From: Psammoneis japonica | Lineage: Eukaryota | Assembly: GCA_008632985.1 (NCBI GenBank) | Contig: QPGO01000137.1 | Location: 186,001-224,490 of the forward strand | Direction: 5' to 3' | DNA length: 38,490 nucleotides | Shown: one piece after another, positions 24,531 through 36,900 of the stretch | Position numbering within the stretch: the first letter of the stretch is position 1 | How the letters are laid out: every line of letters starts with the position of its first letter | Translations under genes and position numbers: made by a program | The notes under the pieces: model-generated | Databases searched by the model: none | What the model was told of the DNA's origin: nothing | What the model saw: the letters and a program-made list of their open reading frames with translations, nothing else

Positions 24531-27500
24531 AGCATTGCGGATCTGCTTGGAATTTGCGCTAGAACCTGTGTAGAAAATTTTCTGAGACAACAGAAAATTA
24601 CAAGAAACAATGACCAGCATGCTGGCCAACAGACCGTGACACTCCTTGTTTTCCACTGATGAACTTTGCTCATCATGCTGCAATGAGGATGTGCCTCTGG
24701 CAAACATGGACAGAATGGGCTTGTTGGAGCCAAATCAAAACCATCTGAGAATGGTGACATCAACACAAAAGCATGTGCAGAAACACATGCAGGGGGTTGC
24801 CAGTGGGTGCTTGCACAGATGCAAAAGGCAGTCAAGGCACAAATTTGGTGCTGGACAGAATTGACATGGAAACCAAGATGTGGCACAATCATGTGATGTT
24901 AAAAGTGATGTTGGCTGACTTTGCACAGAGTGCACCAAGCTGTCAATTGGTGCCAAAGAAGAGTGCTGCTTTCAAGCACTGTGTGAGCTGAACAAACCAG
25001 AATGAAAAGCCTTCAACACAGCCTGCTTGCACCTGTGGGGAGAGTGGAAAAAGGACTTAAAAGGTTTCTTGAAGGTGTCAAGTTGAGCAGCCCTGCACAT
25101 GGCTCAAGTGTGCAAATTGCAAACAGACATGGAAGGATGGGCGCTTTGCTGCTCAAGGCTCCCGCAGACTCTGCAGCCAAAAATGGCAGAAGATGGCAAG
25201 CCTGAAAAAGCTGCTGACATTCAACATCCTGGTTGTCAACTTTGTTGCTTCTTGATTGTTTGTAGAAGAATTTGCGCAAATGCTGGACAATGCCATGGAG
25301 AATGGAATCTTCTGAGAAACCAACAGCATTGAAGAAGCAGTCAAAAAAGCCATGGCCAAAGACAACAAAAAATGAGAGACAGTCACTTCATCTGCAAATG
25401 ATGCTTCTCAGAAGGATGCAAACAAGGAGGTGACATGGTCCCTTGGCTGGGCAATGGCAAATGTGCACAATCATTTTGAAGCAGACTCTTAGAGTGGAAA
25501 GAAAGCAGCAGCAATGAGGACAGTTGACCATCCATTTAAGAAATGGTGCACCCCAAGATGCCACACCAGAAAAGAGGATTTTGCACATCATTGTCTTTCA
25601 AGGTTTTTGCACTCATGCTGCATTTGCTTGCTGCAGTTTGTGGTTGTTTCAACAAAGCAACAGTGAAGAAGCTGGGGAAGGACAGCATGGCAAGTGCAGT
25701 GCATGTAAAACTTGCAGATGAGGCTGTGGAATTGCTGTGGAATCATTTTGCAGAGTCGATTGCTGATCTGGACATGATGCACAATGCTGCAAGCAACAGC
25801 AAAGCCTTGCAGCAACTGTTTTTTGCGTTGTCCAAAAGACATTTGCAGCTTGAGCACCACAAGTGGTTGACTCATTTTGGGAGGAAAACACAAGCAGACA
25901 CATGCCAAAAGCAGCAGATGCTGCATCCTGGAAGAGGTCAAGGTGGCAGCACAAGGGGAAACAAAAATGAGAATGTCAGCAAAGAAGATGATGCGATGCA
26001 CAGCTCAATCTCACCTTGCTGTTCATTTCCACACATTGAACAGCAGCTGCTCAAACCATGCTGCAGCTTGCTCATGAAAACAACAAAGTGCTGCACACAG
26101 GTGCCAATGCATGATGACCACAAATGCATGACAGCCCACTTTGCATCAAATGGGCACCTTGACACTTCCCACAGCAGTTGCACAAGCAGTGGACAACAGA
26201 GTCTGTGAGAACATTTCTTTGATGTGCACATCTGTCCAAGCCACAAACTGCAAAATGCAGAGAAGACAGGCTCACAAGAAATCTGTGCCATGCTTTGCTC
26301 TGCAGAAATGGTGGATGCAACCAAGCCAACTCATGCTCAAGCAACCGACAGACGTTTTTTGTGGTGACAACATGTGAAACAGACAATGGAGTTTGTCAGA
26401 GCATTTTTTGCCATGTGTGTTTCCAAGCCAGCACAAACTACAGGAAGTGGAAGAAATGTGCTCACAAGACACCATGTGTGCCATTTTACCACCCAAACAA
26501 CAGGTGCAACAACATCAGCTCAAATTTGATCAACCAGCAGCTGCGACACTTTGGGACCCCTTTTGTGCATTGTCACTTGATGCAGGTGCCATTGCTGAAA
26601 TGTCTGGCAGCAAACACAGAGAAAAAATGTGAACTTGTGAGCATGAACAGCAAACTCTCTTCATTGCCCATGGCGCTGCTGACCTTTGCTTGCCATCATG
26701 AATGAAGCAGATGTTGTGGATTGGAAAGAAAAGGAAGTGCCATGTGCTGAGGTGCTGGTGCTCTGCTTTGGAAACAGAGCTGTCTGAAGTGTTGTCCAGT
26801 CATGCATCCTGTCACATTGTGCAACGTTTTTGCAATTGCAGTCTTGTCAATTGTGTGCTGAGTGTGCAAGCATGCACATGTGCAGATGAAAACAATTGAT
26901 TTGTGCACACCTCTGGGGCTGGTTTGCTGTGAGGGGTCAGCACCAAGACTCCGTGGCATCAGCAATTTTGTGCCAGAGGGCCAAATGCCAACTTTCAGCA
27001 GAAAAATGATGCTTGCTGTGAACAAGATGGCAGCAGCAAGAGGCACCACAAAAATCAAACAAGCTGCTGAAATGAAGCATGCCTTGTGTCAAACAGACAT
27101 CACTGTGTCAACTGGTGCAGCATCACCACAGTTGCCTCACTGTCTTTTACATTTTTGCAGAAGAGGTCCTGGACTCTCAGAGTCATTGTGCAGAAATTGC
27201 ACTGGAGTGAGTGCCAGAAACAGCTGCTCTCCATCTGTCTGCCCACCCATGTTCAAGTGTCAACTTCTTGGGAAATCAATTGAAATGTTCTCTGATCAAA
27301 ACTTGTCAACCACCTTGTTGTCATCTTTGACGTTGTCGATGCAAACATTGCTGCATCTCTCTGTTTTTTGTGCAACTTCTGCATGCCACAGATTTGTGCA
27401 CAATTTGTGCCACACACTCTGTGATTGCTGTTGCCCTTCATGCCAATGCATTGGATTTTTGTTCAGTTTGTCATCAACGCAAGTTGCACCGTCATCATGG

Positions 27501-29427
27501 CCCCTGCAACCCACTTCAAAACACAGGCAGCAAAGGATTGGTTGGCCTGGATGCAGACAATGATTGAAACCCATTGCTCTCCCCAACCATCTGCTTGAGA
27601 TCCTCTGCCAGATCCACCTCTCCCACCAGCTCAGTCACCAGTCCTTGCTGCACTCAGTGCTGCATGCACCACATTTGCGCCACCTGAGGCTGATGGCGCA
27701 ACTCTCCAGGCAGATGTGCCCCCCCACTCCTCCAGACTTGGTCGCTCCTTCATGGGACAATGTTGTGCAGAATCCCAGCCCTGGCACAGTGGCAGATCTT
27801 GCAGCTGCTTTGCTGCCCACCCCTGCCATGGACCAACATGCTGCTCAGTCAATGAGTGCTGCATCTCTTCTGGATGAATGAGGAGCTGAACTTGCTGCAT
27901 GTGATGCTGCTGCCATGGTGAGGCCCAATGCCATGCTTCCACGTGCAATCACAAAACCCCCATTTTTTGCCAAAATGCATTTCCAACCAACTGATGACAC
28001 ACTGATGAGAAGTTCCCAACATCTTGTGGGGTCACAAGTGGAGAGTTGCGTTAGTTGCAGAGCTGCCACCAAAATTCGTCCCTTGCATTTTCCCACACAA
28101 TGGAGGTGCTCCATGAAAAACTGCTTCTGTTTTCAAATGCCCAATGCCAGGAACAATGCACACCTGTTGCATCCTCACAAGACACTGGTTTGAAGCATGT
28201 GAGACCAACAATGCTTGCATCTTGGGTGCTTTTGTTGCAAAAATTTGAGTTGAGTGGGTCACACAGGATTCAAGACTCATGACTCAGGGTGTGTCTGGGC
28301 TTTGCACTCAGCAAAATGGAGAAAGAGAGGAACAACAAACTGCTGGTGACACTTGGGGCCATGAAATTTGGCTGGGTGACTCAAAAGTCTTTTGACATCA
28401 TTTGTTGATTTGGGAAATTTGGTTTCTGAAACTTTCAGTCTAGAGAGGAAATGGATGGAACAGTGTGGGACCTGTCAAAGATTTGCGATGAAGCATTTGG
28501 CAGACGTGCTGTTGCGTGTCGACTGTGGAGTTGGCCAGTTGTGGGGGTGTGCATTTTCTGCATTTTCCATGAGCAATGAAGCAGCGCTGTAGATTGGTTC
28601 CTGTCCCCACCTGCACGAAGTCCCCCATGTCCGCGCGCCGGGTGCACCCCACCCAACCACCCCACAAGCCGCTCACAACTGTCTGATGGAATCTCTCTCC
28701 TGCATTTTTTGGCGTTTTCTCTCTTTTTGAATTTCCATGCTTGTCCCTGCAAATGAGGATTTTTCTTTTACCCACATTTGAACTGCATTCAGAATCTTTG
28801 TTGCCGGGCACCACTCTAAGACTCATCTCTCCGCACACTTTTGTCTCAAACCCAAGGACACAAGCATTGGCCAAGGACAGCTCTGGCTCATCATTGGTGA
28901 GTTTGTGTGTGTCCCTCCCTGGTCATGAGCCAAAGCAATGGTTCCTCATCATTCTTCATTGCTCTGATCAGGCGGCAACGTTGCTTGGCATTGCAGCCAT
29001 TGTTTCTGATTCTGTTCAGGAGGCTTTGTCAGCTGTTGCTTCTCCATTGCTTGGCATTCATCCTTGTCCTCATTTGCTGCTGCTGCTCAGCAAGCTCTTG
29101 GTCAAGAGCAATGATTTGCATCAGTTGCCAAAGAGCTCATCTCTTGACGAACTTCTCATGGTTGGCCTGATGCCTCACCTGGACAAGAGCCAAACCAGCT
29201 CCATCATCAAGTTCTGCTCTCAGAATCATCCTCCCAACAACAAAGGCTGAGCTCTTCTAAAACATGATGTGCAAAATGCCGCAGCCACCAAGTGTTGCTC
29301 ATGGCATTTTCGAGTGTGCCATTGTCACAAAGTTTGCAAGCCAAAGCACTCCAAATCCAAGCCACTGAAGAACAAAAAAGAGCTCAGGAATGAACTCTTT
29401 CCAAACTGTCAAACATCGGGTGATTTG

Positions 29428-29820
29428 CATCTCAAGCAGTGGCAAATTTTGTCTCAAGTGGCACTGCGTTGCATCAAGCAGTGAGTGTCTTGTCTTGAGT
29501 GGCATTGTCTTGAGCAGCAAATGTCTTGGCATTGTCTCGTCTCAAATGGCGGCAACTGTCTCGAGTGCCAAATGTCATTTTGAGTGGTGCTGTGTTGTCT
29601 CAAACAGCAAATGGAAGTGCAGCATCCAACCTCAAACAGTGTTGTCTTGTGTGGTGTTCTCTCAAGTGGAAAATTTCTGGTCTCAAGTGGTGTTGCATCA
29701 TCTCGAGTGGTGAATGTCCAGTGTCTTGAGCAGCACTGAGTTGTCTTGAGTGGCAAATGCAACATCCAATCTTGAGTGCCCTTGTCTCAAGAAGCAAATT
29801 TTTGCCAGTCTCAAGTGGTG
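29428..29820 (+). repeat. Array of roughly 20 short GTCT(CG/CA/TG)AG(TG/CA)G motifs
   Basis: Repeated gtctcaagtgg, gtcttgagtgg, gtcttgagcag, tctcgagtgg and gtctcgagtgc with short irregular spacers. Confidence 0.85.
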
Positions 29821-30209
29821 CCAGCAAAGCATGCTTGGGTTTGTCCCGCGGCAACTCATGCACAAGACCCTGGGCATCCAAGGATGCATCCTCAGAAACC
29901 ACAGAAACAAGAGGCCAACCACAGTCAGCACTGAGGCACCATCAACCTTTGCGGATTTCAAAGAGATGGGCTTGTTGGCCTCTTTTCCAACATTGTCTGA
30001 GGAAGCCCTTTCAGTGGCAACCGCTGCAGCATCAGGAAAGGGCAAAGAGTCATGACCAAAAATCACAGAATCCATGACAGCCTTCTTTCCAACTGGGGAC
30101 ACACATGATCCAAAGAGGCTGCAACCACAGACCTCTTCCTCAGCAACAAACAAAAGTCAGACTCTCTGACTGCAGGACTGTCTGTTGCAGCAAGCACCAA
30201 ATCAACACC

Positions 30210-30550
30210 AGCACCCAAACCAAGCAAACCACCACCCCACAAGCCATCATCGGTGCAGACCTTCGACAACTCTCTGGTTGGCGCCGGATCAGCTTGAGAT
30301 GTGTTGAACAAGCAAAACTTGTGGGAAACCACCAAAGACGGACAAAGAGAATCAGAGCAGGAAGAAGAGAGCACCCAAACCAAGCAAACCCCCACCCCAC
30401 AAGCCATCATCAGTGCGGACCTTTGATGACTCTCCGGTTGGTGCCAGATCGGCTTCAGACATCTTGAATGAGCGAAACTTGGGGGAAACCACCAAAGAGG
30501 GACAAAGAAAATCAGAGCAGGAAGAAGAAAGCTTCTTTGCACCCAAACCA
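30210..30550. repeat. Tandem duplication, 2 x 160 bp plus a partial third start
   Basis: agcacccaaaccaagcaaacc..ccccacaagccatcatc..gggaaaccaccaaaga..aatcagagcaggaagaaga at 30210 and 30370; gcacccaaacc again at 30539. Confidence 0.9.
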
Positions 30551-31818
30551 GTGAAATGATCCAACTGACATGACATGGTGGTGATGGCAACACAAAAATC
30601 CGGTCTGTGACACAGCAGCAAGTTTCAATGGTGTTTTGAGCAAATGATCACAGCGACACTGAAAAAAAGCAGAGAGCACTTGCTGATGCAACACATGGTT
30701 AATTGTTGGGAGCAGCATTGTTGCGCTGCACTGCTCAATGTTGAGCATCGAACAAGGACAGAACAACAACAGAAAGCAAAGTGAGAAAATGGGGGGCAAT
30801 GGTTGCATGAGCAGCAGCGAGCACAATGCAAAACAACTGGAACACTTGTGGTCACATGAGTGTCATCATGAGAGGGACCAACATGAGCACATTAAGAGCA
30901 AAGCAACACATTGCAGCACAAGTGTTGCTCTCGGCGATGGGAAAGAAGAGCTCACTGTCACGCTGCTTTTTGTGAAATTCTGAGTGGCATTGTTGAGAAA
31001 ACAAGAATTCAAAAACAACGGTTGGAAAGGCATTGTGTCATCTGTGTGAACATTTGACATTTGCAATGCTCTTGTGCACATGGATGTCACAATGAAAAAG
31101 GCACCAGAAGTTCCATCAGACAGAAATGCACAGGATGAGAGAAGGTTGGGCAGGGTGCACCCAACTCACCGACATGGGGGACATCATGCAGGTGGGGACA
31201 GGAATTGTTTGGATGACCCATGGTGTGTTGCTGTTCTTCAGTCAGAGTGTTTGCTCTGCAGCACTGGAGCAGAGCGAGTGAGCGAGAGCTGCGGCGCTGA
31301 TCATCTGGGTGTCGTGCATGCATGTTGAGCACATTGCAAGACCAAGCATGCGAATGTTCTGTGTTTCTCTCCTCCTCCTCCTTTTCCTCTTCTTTTTTTT
31401 CATGAACTTGGAGCTGCCTGGCGCATGACCGGACACATCCCCAGCACGTGCTTCCCAGTTGAAGAAAAGCAGAGCTGGGCTTTCACCTTCTTCTGAGTGT
31501 TGACAGCCCCGGTCATTTGACACTCCCATCACCTGTCTGCAATCAATTGTCTTTGAATGAATGGGCCTGCAGGTCACAACTCATTGAACAATCAAAAGCT
31601 GTCATTGTTGCAGCTCACCAAAGACCGCCAATGAATTGCACAGAAAATCGCTGAAAATGCTCCCAGTTGAAGAAAAATGCACCAAGGTCATGCAAACAAT
31701 TGTGCACAATTTCTACCTGCATCTGCAACACCGTAGAACATTCAGTGCATGCACATGTCATGCGCAACCATTCACGCGTTTTTTGATGTCCGCGTCCCTC
31801 CTGCGCGCGTTTTTTTTC

Positions 31819-32369
31819 TGAACAAATGCTGATGTGCTGTCACGCACATAGGCAGTTTATGTGCCATTGGCGATTGGTCCACTGTCGCTTAATCAGTGGC
31901 CCCGGTGGCGCAACATCTCACAATTCTAGAACCTGTTGATGCTGTTCAACACTCTGTCTTGTCTTGCACCCAATTCTCAGCCATCATGGCAGCATTTGTT
32001 CACTTTGTCAGAGCCAATGCGCCACGATGTTCATCGCCTGGAACGGGCATCGCGAACGGCACGACGGTGTCGTTGCGATCGATCGATTTTTGCGGCAAGC
32101 GCCATGTTGGTCCCATGGTTGCTCGCGTGATCGCTGAGTCCTTCATGTGTGTCAACATTCATGGACATGAACGACATGCTCTTGGAGACCAGAGCTGTGA
32201 TCCGTTGGACATGACATTGGAGCATGGAATGTTTGATCATGTGGATGGAATGTGTTGGCTAAGACATGTGAACATTCGTGATTTAGATGACACAATGATT
32301 CATGTGTTGAGGTCTGTCATTTGATCACACAGATTTCATTAAAATCAAAACAGGTCATCTAATTGTTCA
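31819..32369 (+). repeat. 5' LTR (~551 bp)
   Basis: Start fixed by alignment to the 3' LTR. End inferred from inverted termini TGAACAA...TTGTTCA. Confidence 0.8.
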
Positions 32370-32550
32370 GACACCGCACATGTGGGTGCATGTCTGTTGG
32401 ATGTCATTGCTCAGGGGTGACACCGCCTGCTTGCGGGTTCGCTAAGTAGAAACCGCCAAATCGGCACGAGAACCACACATTTTTCTCACTTTCCTCCACT
32501 CACACAAGTGGATGCTCACGCGTTGAAACGCAAACAACTGCTGACACACC

Positions 32551-33972
32551 ATGGCTGCTGCCGCAGCCTTTGCCACCTGTCTCACGCATTGTGGATGCAA
32601 TGCACAGATGCGCACCCACATGGCCCGTCAAGGCTTCACTGCAGTCGAGGACCTGGAACAGGTCCCTTTGACTGAAATTGCCGACATGACAAAGGGCATT
32701 GTGAAGAGTGTGGATGCCGCCGCTGACCCTCAAGTCCGCTTTCCCCACCTGGCAAATCGCAAGCTCAAGGCACTGTGTGCATGGATTGACTGCCGCAGAG
32801 CTCGGAATCAAGAGCCGACCGCTGCTCTCTTCACTGGCGACGTCATTGGGACATGGACGGCACGTCTGACGGAACTGGAGCAATTCAAGTCCGCCGACTT
32901 GGATGACGAATCGGCTGCCAAAACCACCGTGGAACTCAAGAACCCACATGACTGGCCCACCTTCCAGGAGCTGTTGGAGACTCAACTGCGTCATCACTGC
33001 AGTGCCGTCACCGGAGTGCCCCTTGTCCACCCAGTTGGGGAACATGAAGGTGTCACCGCCAAGATGTTGGCTGCCACCTGCACTGCCATTGATGAGGACC
33101 TCACTGCCACTGCCCATCTTGCAGGAGCTCAGCACACGCAGGATGGGCAACGCCTGCATGACCTCTTGAAGAAGTCAGTGACAGGGGGGCCTGGATGGGC
33201 TTTTGTCAAACCTTCCAACCGCAGCCGCGATGGTCGCACTGCCTTCTTTGCACTTGAGAGGCAGGCGGAAGGATTGGCTGCCGCCACCACCCAAAAGAAC
33301 CGTGCTCATGCACAGATTGCCACCATGAAGTGCACCGGACGGGGTCGATTTACATTTGACCAGCACACTCAGCGTCATCAAAAGGCTCACAACGACTTGT
33401 CTGAGCTCAACGAACCTGCAGCCGAGACCAAGAAGGTCTCTGACTTTCTGAAGGGCATCTCCGACCCTGGGTTGGAAACTGGCAAGAGTGCAGTGGATGG
33501 AGACCCAACCAAGCTAGCGGACTTTGAGGCATGCCAGCAGCACATGAAAACTCTGGTCGAGAATGCCAAGAACCGCAATGCTGACACTCGCGGGGTTGCA
33601 TCCATCCAACACTGCAACAATGGGCGCACTGACCCTGGTGGGAAGCACCAACCTAAAAAGGACAAGCCCAGAATCCGGGCAGGCCATTGTCCTGTCGAAG
33701 AGTGGAGTGCTCTTGACGGCCCCGAACGAGAGCAAGTCCAAAAGCTCCGTGATGCCAAGAAGGCCGAGAAGAAACGCAAAGCTGCTGCTGCGTCCTCGGA
33801 GGCTGAGTCGGTCGATGCCAAAACTCGTGCCGCAAAGAAAGTGGCTGTCGCCGAGCCCACTTCTCAACCCACTGACACACTGAAAGACTCCAAAGAGCCT
33901 GGTGAACCTGCTGCCAATGCAGGCACCCAGCTCGGATGCAGCGTGCATGAGAAACCTCAGAAGGAGGAATGA
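32551..33972 (+). CDS. gag: Copia Gag-like protein; ORF open but heavily substituted (473 aa, no Tyr)
   Basis: ATG-initiated ORF after the LTR. Motifs TGVPLVH, GPGWAFVK..RDGRTAFFAL, RFTFDQH..HQKAH, KVSDFLKGI, GHCPVEEWSAL resemble CoDi Gag. Confidence 0.85.
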   Translation: MAAAAAFATCLTHCGCNAQMRTHMARQGFTAVEDLEQVPLTEIADMTKGIVKSVDAAADPQVRFPHLANRKLKALCAWIDCRRARNQEPTAALFTGDVIGTWTARLTELEQFKSADLDDESAAKTTVELKNPHDWPTFQELLETQLRHHCSAVTGVPLVHPVGEHEGVTAKMLAATCTAIDEDLTATAHLAGAQHTQDGQRLHDLLKKSVTGGPGWAFVKPSNRSRDGRTAFFALERQAEGLAAATTQKNRAHAQIATMKCTGRGRFTFDQHTQRHQKAHNDLSELNEPAAETKKVSDFLKGISDPGLETGKSAVDGDPTKLADFEACQQHMKTLVENAKNRNADTRGVASIQHCNNGRTDPGGKHQPKKDKPRIRAGHCPVEEWSALDGPEREQVQKLRDAKKAEKKRKAAAASSEAESVDAKTRAAKKVAVAEPTSQPTDTLKDSKEPGEPAANAGTQLGCSVHEKPQKEE

Positions 33973-36900
33973 ACAGTTGCGCCAGCACCAAAAGGCACAG
34001 AACCGATTGTCGCTGCACCTGCTGGCACTGTTTGTTTGTCTGGGCGATTCTCAAATGACACACATGTCTCTTTGTCATCTGCTGGAAATTCAGATAACGA
34101 GGCCACCACTGATTTGGACTCGCACGCTGACACGTGTGCTGTTGGGTCCAATTTTGTGATGTGCTCTGACATCGACAGAACTGTCGTGGTTCACCCCTGC
34201 TCCAAAGAGTGTGCACCAATGGAAAACATTCCTGTTTGCATGGCTGCTGCCGTGTGGGTTGATCCAACTGATGGACAACCACACCTGCTGTCAGTCCACG
34301 AGGCCATGTTTTTCGGGGACAAGATGAAGAACACCCTCCTGTGCCCCAACCAACTGTGAGCGAATGGGCTGATTGTCCACGACACCCCTCGCCAGTTTGA
34401 TCCAAGTGGCGCACACTCTGTTTCTTTCCCTGACTCGAACATCAGGATGCCATCGCGAATGCGAGGTGTTGCTTCAGTCTTTGATTCACACAAGCCAACA
34501 AAGGAGGATCTGGAGAACCTCCCCCGGCTGGAACTCACATCACCCCTGAGATGGGAGCCTTCCACTGATGCCCTGGTGCAAAAGGAGGAAGCTTGTGTGT
34601 GTGCCAGTGTGCGCCAAGGATCAGCGAAGTCGGACGGACGGTCGACGATGATGAACGCGACCAGGTGTGTTGCTTCCATTCATTCACACCAAATGTCCTG
34701 TCACGATGACAATGTCATCATGGACACCAATGACGATGATTCATTGTGTCACCGCCTGGTTGCTCAGGCAAATGTCTCCCACAACGACACTGAGGGAGAC
34801 GGGCTCCACGACCGGTGTGACTTGGATGTCCACCCGGATTGTGCCAAGCAGAAACGGGTGCATGCACTTTCGACCTCGAATCGTGCATCGACTGTCACGC
34901 CCGAGATGCTCTCTAAAAGGTGGAACATTGGCCTGACGGCCACTGAGAACACCCTTAGAGTGACGACCCAGGCAGGGGTCCGCAATGTCTGCACACCATC
35001 CGAACGGAAAGTCTGGAAGAAAGCCCCTTGGCTTAAGTTCCCTGCGATCAAGGGACGGTTCTACTCCAATCAGATGTTTTCGAAGGTTAAATCAACACAT
35101 GGCGAGATGGGAGGAAGAGCATTTGCCAACGGAAGAGGGTGTGATGGGTTCTGTCCTTGGAAGAGGAAACAGGACCACCCAGACGCCGTCATGTCATTCA
35201 TGCATGCATGACGTTGGTGCACCGCAGGTCCTTGTGTCGGATGGCGCGCCGGAAATGGCAGAAGGCCAGACCAAGGAGATCTGCAAGGAATGCAGGGGTG
35301 CACCAGGAGGTGTCCACCCCTCACAGCCCCTGGCAGAACCCAGCCGAGGCATCCATTCGTGAGTTGAAGAAAAGGGTCCGTGTGACTCTACGCCGGACTG
35401 GCGCTCACAGGCGACTGTGGTCCTGCAGCGCCAAATGGATGTGTCGCATGATTGCGACCAGCATGTCAGACATGGGAGGACGAGTCCCAGAAGAGGAGGT
35501 GACGGGTTCGACACCCGACATCTCTTCCCTCTCTCTCTTTGATTGGTGTCAACCTGTTCATCACTGCATGCCTGTGGCGGAGTTTCCACAAGAAAAGAAG
35601 TGCATTGGTCGTTGGCTCGGAGCAGCTGACAACTGCACTGACGATGTGGCATTCATCATTTTGCCCGAATCAGGCAAACCCATCATTCGGAAGGATGCAT
35701 GGGCCACACCGGAGGATGACCTTAAAACTCCAGCAATCCAGACGGATCTTGCATCGGTCGATCAAGCTTTGATCGAACGGCTTAGCATCCCGGAAAAGGA
35801 TGCCAGTGCTGACTTCCCTGAACTCCCTGACGACTTCATGGATGAATGGGACGACGCCGTTGAACCCGTGGAACCTGACGCTTCCAAACCGGAGGCTGAT
35901 GAGTGCACCCCGGAAGGGACAGATGAATGTCTCACAGCTCAAGTCATGTCACCACATGGAGGCGAGCTGACTCATGCTAGGGTCATTGCACACAAGCGAG
36001 ACAGCGACGGGGTCCCCATTGGTGCCAGGAATGATGACCCTGTCCTAGACTCGAGAACATGCGACGTGGAATTCCCTGACAAGATCCACTGATTCCTGTG
36101 CTGCTAACGCAACTGCAGAGAACCCATTCGCTCAGATCAACTCTGAAGGGAATGCCCACCAGATCATGAAGGAGATGGTCGATCACCGACGTGATGCCCG
36201 TGCTGTGACGGCCGATGACGGGCATGTGACGACCAAGACTGGCAGGCGTGCTCCCAGGAGGACGACAGTGGGCTGGGACCTGCAAGTCGAATGGAAGGAT
36301 GGGACTGCATCCTGGGTTCCTCTCAAGGATTTGAAGGAATCCAACCCAGTCGAGGTTGCTGAGCACGCTGCAGCGAACAAAGCAGCTAGTGAGCCAGCCT
36401 TTAACTGGTGGGTCCGAGACGTCTTGCGTCGCAGGTCAAGGATCCTGAAGAAAGTCAAGTCGCGTCACTGGAAACGCACGCACAAGTTCGGAATTGAACT
36501 CCCAAAATCTGTTGAGGAAGCTGTGGAGACAGATGACAGAACGGGGACCGATTTCTGGTTCAAAGCCATCGAGAAGGAAATGCGCAACATCATGCCTGCA
36601 TTCGAATTCCGCGATGACGATGCCGCACCGGTCGGGTGCAAACACATTGACTGTCACATGATCTTTGACATCAAGAGCACTCTCCAACGCAAAGCGAGGT
36701 TCGTGGCCGGAGGCCATCAAACCGATCCACCTGAGGAATCGACATGTTCCAGCGTGGTTTCGCGTGATGGTGTTAGGATGGCATTCACTGTGGCAGCTCT
36801 GAATGACCTGGAGGTCCTGAGTGCTGACGTTCAGAATGCCCACTTGAGTGCACACACTAAGGAGAAGTGTTGCACTGCTGCTGGCCTGGAATTTGGGAAG

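Larger units (their letters stand above)
28598..31204. mobile_element. Non-autonomous DNA element with ~110-bp terminal inverted repeats
   Basis: Left end ttcctgtccccacctgcacgaagtcccccatgtc..gggtgcaccc..cccaacc..ctgtctgatggaa matches the reverse complement of ~31095-31204 (ttccatcagacag..ggttggg..gggtgcaccc..gacatgggggacatcatgcaggtggggacaggaa). No clear TSD and no transposase recognised inside. Confidence 0.75.

Noticed and set aside
26400..28400. Possible MULE/SWIM-type transposase remnant on the minus strand
   Set aside because: Only vague Cys/Trp patterns, which are unreliable given the Cys enrichment from hypermutation.
29428..29820. CRISPR-like array
   Set aside because: Repeats are only ~11 bp and degenerate, spacers are short and irregular, there are no cas genes, and the context is eukaryotic.
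31896..32324. 142-aa ORF inside the 5' LTR
   Set aside because: Lies within the LTR, starts at GTG, has no recognisable domain, and is expected by chance under stop depletion.
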